From positions 1,217 to 65,216 of IMG/VR virus record IMGVR_UViG_3300008262_000105: 64,000 nt of DNA; one strand, 5' to 3'. A program made the position numbers and the translations under genes. The notes below the pieces were generated by a model, which saw only the letters and a program-made list of their open reading frames with translations, searched no databases and was not told the origin of the DNA. Of this stretch, positions 19,021 to 28,100 are shown piece by piece. Numbering within the stretch: position 1 is the first letter of the stretch; each line of letters opens with the position of its first letter. The DNA comes from a virus (Duplodnaviria; Caudoviricetes).

Positions 19021-21354
19021 TTAAGCGTTGAACGAAGCTCCAGTTGGAAGAATGTTGAAATCAATTACGATGAATTCTGCAGTCTTCGCTGGTTGTAAGA
19101 AGATTTGTCCAGCTAATATGTTTCTATCAATTACATCAGGTGTGTTGTTTGTTTCATCCATCACAACTCTGAATGCGTAAAGACCTTGTCTTTGTTGAAT
19201 TCCTTCTAAGTAAGGATTAACAGTGTTTAAGAATCTTTGACGAGTAGTTGATGTATTTTGTTCGAACACTAAGTAACGAGAAGTTGATGCGATATACTTC
19301 TTAACAGTGATAAGTAATCTTCTTACGTTGATTCTATCTAATGCTGAAGCTTTATCTTGCAATGTCTTCTGTCCAAATGCTACAATACCTTGTCCAGGGA
19401 ATGCTGCGATTGGGTTTACTTTGTTTTCATAAAGTGTATCTCTTTCAGCGTGCGTTAATCTATTCAACACACTTACTGCTCCAGTGATACCACCTCTATT
19501 TAAACCAGCAGGTGCGAACCACTCAGCTGCCAATCTATCATTACTAGCATAAACTGCTGGTAACAATACTGATGGTGGAACTGAAGTTATTTTGTTTGTA
19601 TTTGTATCAACTGTCTTAACCCAAGGATAGTAAGTACCAGCGTAATTTGAATCAATTGAATTTGCTTGCTCAGTTGCTTCAGTAATTGTTGCACTTGCTT
19701 CAGTAAAGTCAGCGATATAGAAACAATCTTGTCTATCTTCAACCATATCAATTACTTTTGTAGTAATAGATGGGTGTAAAGAACGGATGATACCAGGAGT
19801 TACAACTAAGTTGATGTCCCACTCATCAGGGTTTCCTACAGCGTTGATTGCTTTTGAATAAGCTATTGAACCAGATGAAGTTGATTTAGAACAATCAAAT
19901 CCTTGCGTATTTGCTGCTGATATATCATTTCCTAAGTTTGCTTTAGTGCCAGGGAATGAACCATCAAATCCATATTGGAAACCTAAAGAGAATTGTCTCT
20001 TAACCATATCAGCTGCTGCTGAACCGGTCATTTTATATGTAAGTTGAGAATCGAATGCGAATAATACGTTTGCTCCAGCTTTTGCTCCATCAGGAATAGG
20101 TGATAAGTATTGAATGTTATCATCTGCAATTCCAGTTGATTCAAAATCAAATCCAGCATAATATATTGGAGATGAAGATGTGTTATTTGCTGAACCAGTT
20201 TGGTAAACTACTTCAGGTATTAAACTTTCATCACCATTAGCTGTAGCGATTGGATTTGTGTATGCAGCGTGTCCAAATGGTGCTGCTGAAATTGGGAATG
20301 AACCTGCGTCATTTACAACTACTCTTACATATTTTGATTTGTTTGAATAATCGCCATATTCCGTAATCTTACCATCGTTATCAATTGTAAGATATCTATC
20401 ACCAATTCTCTTAGCTATATAATTTGGAGATGATGGGTCTAAGTTTACATTATTGAATGTTTCTAATACAACTTTTCTTTTATCAGTATCACCATATCCT
20501 CTTACAATTACAGTAAATGTTGAGTAATCAGTTGAACCATCCTCACCAGCTGCTTTTACATTTGAAATACCAATCTTAAATTTAGTATTATATGGAGTAC
20601 CATGTCCTAAAGTTACAAACTTAAATAAATCGTATCTTGTATTGTTATCATCTTTTTGAGATACAACATAAGGAGTTTCAGCTGCCGAGATATCACCATA
20701 CTTTTGTGTTGGTAAGTTTACTTCAGTAATTACAGTTGTAGCACCATCTGTATTTGAACCTGTAAAGTTAAGGGCTGCGTTTTCAAAATATTTATAAGCG
20801 AATGCTGCTTTTGCACCAAATACTGATTCACCAAATGTATCTGCTAAATCATTAGTAGCTGTATTAACAATAGATGCTGAAATATTTGCTGCTGCAGATG
20901 CTGAACTTAATAGACCTGAAACAACGAAGTTTCCACCACCTTCTAAACTACTTGATATGTTTGTTGATGCATTTGAAAAACCAACTCCTTTATTACCATT
21001 GGCAGTGGAGTAAAGTACTCCTACAATTTTTGCCGCTGATGATAATGAACCACTTGCTTTGATACCCAAAGGAGCAACTTGGTGATAACCACCAATACCA
21101 CCAACTCTTACGATGGTAGCACTTCCTGCTTCTTGTAAATATCTTTGTACCGCATATTCGGTATAATAAGTTCCATCAGGTGTTCCGAAGATTTCTTCGA
21201 ACTCTGATTGTGTTCTCACAATAGTTGGAACGAATGCAGGTCCTTGCTTAAAAGGTCCTATAAATGCTGCTCCAATTTCTCCTACTCCTTGTGCTAAGAA
21301 TGATAGGTCATTTTCTCTTGTGAATACGCCAGGTGATACGATTCTTTCTGCCAT
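19021..21354 (-). CDS. Contractile tail sheath protein (T4 gp18-like)
   Basis: SPGVFTRENDLS N-terminus; WFAPAGLNRG, LYENKVNPI, FGQKTLQ, LDRINVRRLL and FEQN motifs. Confidence 0.97.
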   Translation of the reverse strand: MAERIVSPGVFTRENDLSFLAQGVGEIGAAFIGPFKQGPAFVPTIVRTQSEFEEIFGTPDGTYYTEYAVQRYLQEAGSATIVRVGGIGGYHQVAPLGIKASGSLSSAAKIVGVLYSTANGNKGVGFSNASTNISSSLEGGGNFVVSGLLSSASAAANISASIVNTATNDLADTFGESVFGAKAAFAYKYFENAALNFTGSNTDGATTVITEVNLPTQKYGDISAAETPYVVSQKDDNNTRYDLFKFVTLGHGTPYNTKFKIGISNVKAAGEDGSTDYSTFTVIVRGYGDTDKRKVVLETFNNVNLDPSSPNYIAKRIGDRYLTIDNDGKITEYGDYSNKSKYVRVVVNDAGSFPISAAPFGHAAYTNPIATANGDESLIPEVVYQTGSANNTSSSPIYYAGFDFESTGIADDNIQYLSPIPDGAKAGANVLFAFDSQLTYKMTGSAAADMVKRQFSLGFQYGFDGSFPGTKANLGNDISAANTQGFDCSKSTSSGSIAYSKAINAVGNPDEWDINLVVTPGIIRSLHPSITTKVIDMVEDRQDCFYIADFTEASATITEATEQANSIDSNYAGTYYPWVKTVDTNTNKITSVPPSVLLPAVYASNDRLAAEWFAPAGLNRGGITGAVSVLNRLTHAERDTLYENKVNPIAAFPGQGIVAFGQKTLQDKASALDRINVRRLLITVKKYIASTSRYLVFEQNTSTTRQRFLNTVNPYLEGIQQRQGLYAFRVVMDETNNTPDVIDRNILAGQIFLQPAKTAEFIVIDFNILPTGASFNA

Positions 21355-21375
21355 TTTATTTCTCCAATTTGTATT

Positions 21376-21648
21376 TTAGTGGTCCCAATAGTTTCTTGTA
21401 CGGTCTGAACCACTAACTATATTTTTTACCCATGTAACAACCTGTTCTTCAGATAAATTACTATATGCGGTAAAATTATTAGGGTCAACTTCATTTAAAG
21501 GTAACGGAGTTGCTCCAGTAAAACTACCAGAGTGACCTGTTTCATCAATTGCTTTTACGTTCCAATAGGCATTAACAACTACATTTTCCAATGTTTGTGT
21601 ATTTTGTTTTTTAATACCTGTTAGTTTCCATTCGTATGTATATCCCAT
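21376..21648 (-). CDS. Small fibre-associated protein (90 aa, possibly C-terminally truncated)
   Basis: YTYEWKLTG...FTAYSNLSEEQVVTWV pattern seen in small proteins downstream of tail fibres; upstream motif at 21663-21671. Confidence 0.65.
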   Translation of the reverse strand: MGYTYEWKLTGIKKQNTQTLENVVVNAYWNVKAIDETGHSGSFTGATPLPLNEVDPNNFTAYSNLSEEQVVTWVKNIVSGSDRTRNYWDH

Positions 21649-21685
21649 AATTTGTATTTTTTAATAAATATTTGTTTTTAATATT

Positions 21686-22117
21686 TTAATCTTCCAACGA
21701 ACCACTATAATATTCTGTTGTAAGAAGATGTCTATAAGCCTGCTCAATGTGATTTAATTCAGAAGGTACTTCTAAAAAGAAACGGCAATAATGGTCCATA
21801 CCGGCTGTACCAATTGATACACCATACTTATTATCTCCTGCATTCACACCAATAAAACCAATAGGTTTAGCATCATTGTTTCTAGCAGTTTTATCTTTCC
21901 AAACTGTTAAAGAAATTGTTGCCACATATCCAGCTTTCCAATAAACTTCATTACCTTCAGCGTTAGCACCAAAGGTTCTATTATCAGGTCTTGTTGGGTC
22001 TACTGGTGCTGGTACATCCGCTGTTCTTTTTTCTATTGCAACATTTGTCACAACGTGATAAGCGTTTTCAATATTTAAACCAGTTCCAGGTAGTTCGTAA
22101 TCTCTAATAAGTGCCAT
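21686..22117 (-). CDS. Small fibre-associated hypothetical protein (143 aa)
   Basis: Starts 3 nt after the fibre gene; ends NHIEQAYRHL. Confidence 0.7.
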   Translation of the reverse strand: MALIRDYELPGTGLNIENAYHVVTNVAIEKRTADVPAPVDPTRPDNRTFGANAEGNEVYWKAGYVATISLTVWKDKTARNNDAKPIGFIGVNAGDNKYGVSIGTAGMDHYCRFFLEVPSELNHIEQAYRHLLTTEYYSGSLED

Positions 22118-22120
22118 AAT

Positions 22121-25100
22121 TTATCCTTTATTATTAAGTATTAATTCTTTAAGTTTTTGTAATTCTTCTTTTAATGTACTTATTTCTTCAGCTTGCTTAT
22201 TAATAATATTTTGTTGGTCTTTAATTGATTCTATAAATAAACCAGCAAAATTTCCATAAGCTACACCATACTCATCATTAACATCACAATAAGTCACAAC
22301 TTCAGGAATAACTTCATTAACTTCTTGTGCAATTACCCCTATTTGCCTTTTCTTAGTTTCATCTTTAATTCTATTATAGTAAACACCTCTAATTTGAAGT
22401 AATTTATTTAAAGCAGAATCAATAGTTACTATGTTTTCTTTTGCACGTCTATCGGAATAAGCCACAATGTTTTCAGTAGCGTAAATACCCCTATTAACAT
22501 ACATACCATATGAAGGTGATGTTGCAGAAGTTCCAACACCTACACAATTGTATGGCCAATAATGATAGAACATCCATCGACCAGCTTGATAATAGATACC
22601 ACCATTACCACCACCATCAAACATCAATACAGGTGTGTTACCTACATCAATTAATATACCACCATATCCATTTCTACTACCATCAATTCTCCATTGTCCA
22701 TATGTAGAGTTGTTTGGATAAATGTGTGCTGAGTTAATTCCAGAATAGATACCATGGTATCCTTCCAATCTCTGCCATGTGTGCCAGAATGAATAGTTTG
22801 AAGGTCCACTCAATTGAATTAAGATACCACTCATATCATAATCGGAGTATAATCTTACCCCTTCATATGAAGGTCCGTTTGCACCTAATTTAATACCCGT
22901 ATGGAATGCAATTCTTAGGTCAGGATAAGGATACCCCCATCCACCACCTTCTTGGAATATACGATATGCATGTGTACCATTTCCAGAGTTACCACCAACA
23001 CCAATAGGCTCCCACCAACGAGAATATAGGTTTTCAATATATGTTGTACCATTAGGGTCTAAATAATATCCAGTATTATTGTAATCATATATGATTGGGA
23101 ATTGGGCTTGTCCACCAATATCCATCAATGCAACCCTACTATTATTAAATCTATATTCTAAAATATCACCACTATCATCACCCCAGTTAACAACAAGATT
23201 GTAATCGTTATAACTACCACCTCTAGTTACCATACCAATTGATGCACCATCAGATGAACGTTGGAAGTGAATACCCCACATTGCGCCAGGAGAATACATT
23301 GGATATGAACCTTGTGTTTGGTCATATCTACCTATCCATGCAACGTCACTCCAGTTTGGATAACCATTTGGTGAGAAGTAATCAGTTATACGAACAGCTC
23401 CTCTAAAGTTTGCTGATGTACCTGAAGTACTTGGGTCAATATACCAATATGTATCATCAGAATCATAGAATATTGGTGCTCTGAATGAACCATTTGCCCA
23501 AACAGTACTACCATTATCCCAACGTAAGTTCCAACCAACAATTGAACCAGTACCACCCCAACCCAATCTCCAGTCATTTGCTGATACGTTTAACATCAAT
23601 CCCCAATAGGTTGAGTTATTGTTCATAGCGTATGCACCACTATTATTATATCCATAGTGGATTATACTATTACCATACCAAATATAAAGGTTTCTAATTC
23701 TAGTATCACCAGATGGGTCTAAGTAGAATGTAGTATCATCTCTATCATAAATAAAGTTTGTACGAATCTCATACAAATAAGTTCTATTACCAGAATAGTG
23801 GTTAATATAAGTTTCGTATCCGTTTTGACAATCTAAGTGTAAGTTACCATTTGTAGTTACTACCGATGCCTCACCACCAGGTCTACCATTTGTACCAACG
23901 TACATATATGCACCCCATGTCCAGTTAGGTCCATGTAGAGTACCACCTCTCATTCTTAAATCAACGTTGGTTGCTGTTGCTGGGTCTAAGTAATATCCCG
24001 TATCGTTTGAATCATAGAATATTGGTGCTCTAAGAGAGTTGCCAGCTTGAAGGTAGTTGTTTACATAAACATAGTTAGATGGATACATTTCCATATTTGT
24101 AACACGATTACCAGATGTATTCGTATTATAAAAATACATGTCACCACCTTCACTAAATCTTATATATCCTTGTCCATAGTTAGTATTTGGTCTACCAAAG
24201 TAATATGCACCACCACCACTATTTAAGTTATTATCAACATTATATCCAAATCCACCACCATTCCAAGTGTTACCAGGTTCAGATACCCACCACTGCATAC
24301 TTATTCTTTGCCCTGTACCATTGTAAGCTGCTGGTATAGTTAATCTCATTGATGAACTTCCGTGGTCACCTATAACGTGGAATCTTTTTTCTGGTGCTTC
24401 ATATCCAACTCCTAAATACCAAAGTCTTGAACTACTATTTGGGTCTACATAATAGTTAGCATCATTTGCATCATAGAATATTGGTGCTCTCATTTCACCA
24501 GCAGCATATATGGTACTATTTGACCAAATATATCCAGTATAATGAGAAATCATTGCTGCAATTCTACTACTACCATTATAACCAACCCAACCTGGCATTG
24601 AAGGTCCATTTGATTGCCCTACAAAGAATGTTTCAGCACCTACAGTTGAATATGTACCATATGTTTGTCCAGATTGAGAACCTTTATTAAAATAGAATAT
24701 ACCCCATCCTCTTGCATTTTCTTGGAATATCCAGTTGTTTGCTTCTGATGTATTTGATACTAAGAATGTACCTCCATCATTATTTTGAATGTGATAAGAA
24801 TTTAAAATTAATTCATTAAGACGAGATGTAGAGTTAAAATCTAAGTAATAAGAACCATCAGTACTATCTTGAATGTATGGAAGATAAAGGTTATTTGAAA
24901 TTCTTACGTGTTGGTCACCTCTACCAATACTCATTAATATAGTGCTTGTCACACCAGGAGAATCATTGAATATTGTTGTACCACCATAAGATGCGTTACC
25001 ACCTAATTCAAGACCAGTGTGCCATCCTAATGAAAGTCTTGTATATGTAGAATATCCATTATTATACGGAGATTTTACATACATTAAATAATATGGATTA

Positions 25101-28100
25101 TTATCACCTCTTTGTCCCCAACTTATACCACCAAATTGTCCGCCAGGATTTGAAGGGTCTCCTGTACCACTTGACATATTGATATGTCTTGTAACACCAG
25201 TACCACTTCCAAATCTAAATCCAAAAGTACCATCATCATCATAGAAACGGTCAGTATAAAGTTCAGGTGCTCTAAAACTACTTCTAGCCCAAGCGATACC
25301 ATCGTTTCTAACTTCAAGTGCATAACCACCAACACCAACTCCACTTACAGCAAATCCTTCGGAAGAACCACCACCGGTCCAAATAATATTTTTTAATGCA
25401 GAACCTAAATTCGATGTAGATGTTGTTGTTCTAAATCTAGCACCCCAAACATCCGGTTCATTATTAACATTTATTAATGCGTTATTAGGAATATTTAATT
25501 GACCTGTAAGAGTTAAGTTTACAAATCTAGAAGTACCAGTAGGGTCAGCTAAGAAACTACCATCATTTCTATCAATAAATCTATTAGCTGTTATATCACC
25601 TAAAACAGTTGTGTTGGCTGCTAAAGTGTTATCAACTTCTTCAATCTTAAATCCAATAAATTCTGCAGTACCACTATATCCACTATACAAATAATTGTGT
25701 AAGAAACCTAACTGCATGAATCTTGCATATCCATACCAACTATAATCTGCACCAGAACCAGCTGGTCCAATTGTCATTGTATATTCAGTCCAAGAAGAAG
25801 GTGCAACACCATACCAATAATAAGGTTGCCCCCAACCACCATTATCAGGTTGAGAATAATCGTATCCAGCTTGCGTAAATGAAAGATAACAGAATGGATT
25901 ACCACTTACAGTTCTAACCCATGCAGATACCTTATAAGTTTTTGTTCTATCAATAGGCACCCAACCATTTTGTCTCCAACCTTGCCATCCACCAGTTCCT
26001 CTATGTGAGTATGAACCAATAGGTGAATCGGTTATTCCCGTAACATACTGCATTCCATCCCACACAAATGCACCATCACCAGCATGCCAGTTACGAGTTT
26101 GATATTTTCCATCTGGTACAAACATTCCAAAGAATCTTGAACCATTAGAATCGTTATATGGTATAGTTCCACCTAATCTTAGTTGATATAATGTAGATAT
26201 ACTATCACCATTAATATTATATGCAGTATTATCTCTATCAAACCATCTATAAGCATACATATTACTAGCTATGGTTAAATCACCACCATTGCTTAGTACC
26301 ATTATTTGAGATGCCCCATTATTAAACCAATCAAATCCACCAGCACCAAAGTTTCTTAAACGAGAAATACCAGCGTCTTGTATAAATCCAGTATAGTTAG
26401 AAGAATCACCAATATTTAAACCAGTTCCCCAACCAACACCACCAGAACCACCTGCTCTAATACTAACTCTACCAGAAGAAATAGCAGATACACCATTGAA
26501 TACAGCTATACCACCATAAACGTAGAATGGAACTGATGTTGCACCAGGTGAACCAACTGATACACCATTTGTAAATCCACCATATCCATTTAAATAAAGA
26601 GTATTACCATCCCAGCCACTATATCTACCAATTGCTTGTCTACTGAATATACTTAAAGTTGTATCTCCTCCACCTGCTATATTAACACTAGTTCCGGCAA
26701 AATATCCATCACCACTTTCGTTTACTGAGAATAGTTCATTTGATGATTTTATTGCATTACTACCAACTATGAATTTTTGTCCAGTTTCATTATTATTTGC
26801 ATCAATACTTACTCTTACCTCACCAGCTCCTGCCAAATAAAGTGGATTTCCAGATGAGTTGTTTTGTAAAAGTACTACATCATATGTATTATCTCTATAT
26901 AAACCGGCATTAGTATCTGAAAGATAGTATGCTCCAGCATTACCACCGCCGGTTGTTGTTACTTGGTTAAATGTTACGTTATCAGTTGTTCTAACGTTTT
27001 GGTTCATATTAGCCGCAAATGCATACGAAGTTGTATCCATTATACGTTTCCACGCACCCCAAGAAGTACCAGTACCATATCTCAACCACATATTACCATT
27101 ATCGGTAAATCCTAATTCGTTTGCACCACCACCACTCCAGTCAGATGTACTACCATATTTTCTAAAATACATTACACCATTGTAAGTACCACCATCACTT
27201 AAACCATTTGTAGAGTTTTGCTTAAAATCAAATCTTACACCTTGGTTAGCGTTCATTGTTTGCGGTGTAGTTGCAGATGCTCTTGTATCCTGAACGTTAA
27301 TATAAGTTGCTGTTGTTGCAGTTGTTGCGTTACCAATAAGGTTTGCTGTTACCTGATTAAAGGTTACATTATCAGTAGTACGAACATTTTGGTTCATTAA
27401 GTAAACTTCAGTTGCACCTTGTCCCGTATCAATTGTACCACTAAGAACAACGTTGCCAGCTACTTCTAATGTATTATCAGCATACCATCTATCAGTTGAT
27501 TCATTCCAATAGAACGAAACAGTTGATGATGAACCCCTTCTTACTTCAATACCGGCATTTTCGGTTGGTGCTCCAGATGCAAAATCTGCATTTAATGTGA
27601 TGATGTTATCACCTACGTTAAGAGTTGTTGTATTAATATATGTTGTTGTACCACTTACAGTAAGGTCACCACTAATTGTAGCGTTACCAGTTACCGCAAG
27701 AGTTGTACCATCAAATCTTAAATTTGCTTCAACGGTTGCATTTGGTGCAGTTCCGTTTAGAGTGATTACACCATTATCAGTTGTACCAGTTAATGATAAT
27801 AAACCAGAAGTACCACCACTTCCAGATGTACCCGATGTACCGCTTGTACCGGATGTGCCTCCAGATCCCGATGTACCCCCACTACCAGAAGTTCCTGATG
27901 TACCACTTGTACCGCTTGTGCCAGAAGTACCAGAACTACCACCAGAACCGGCAGTACCTCTAGTTCCAGATGTACCACTTGTTCCCGATGTACCGCTTGA
28001 GCCACCGCTACCAGATGTACCACCACTTCCACTTGTGCCAGAAGTACCAGAAGTTCCTGATGAACCCCCACTACCAGATGAACCTCCACTTCCTGCTGTA

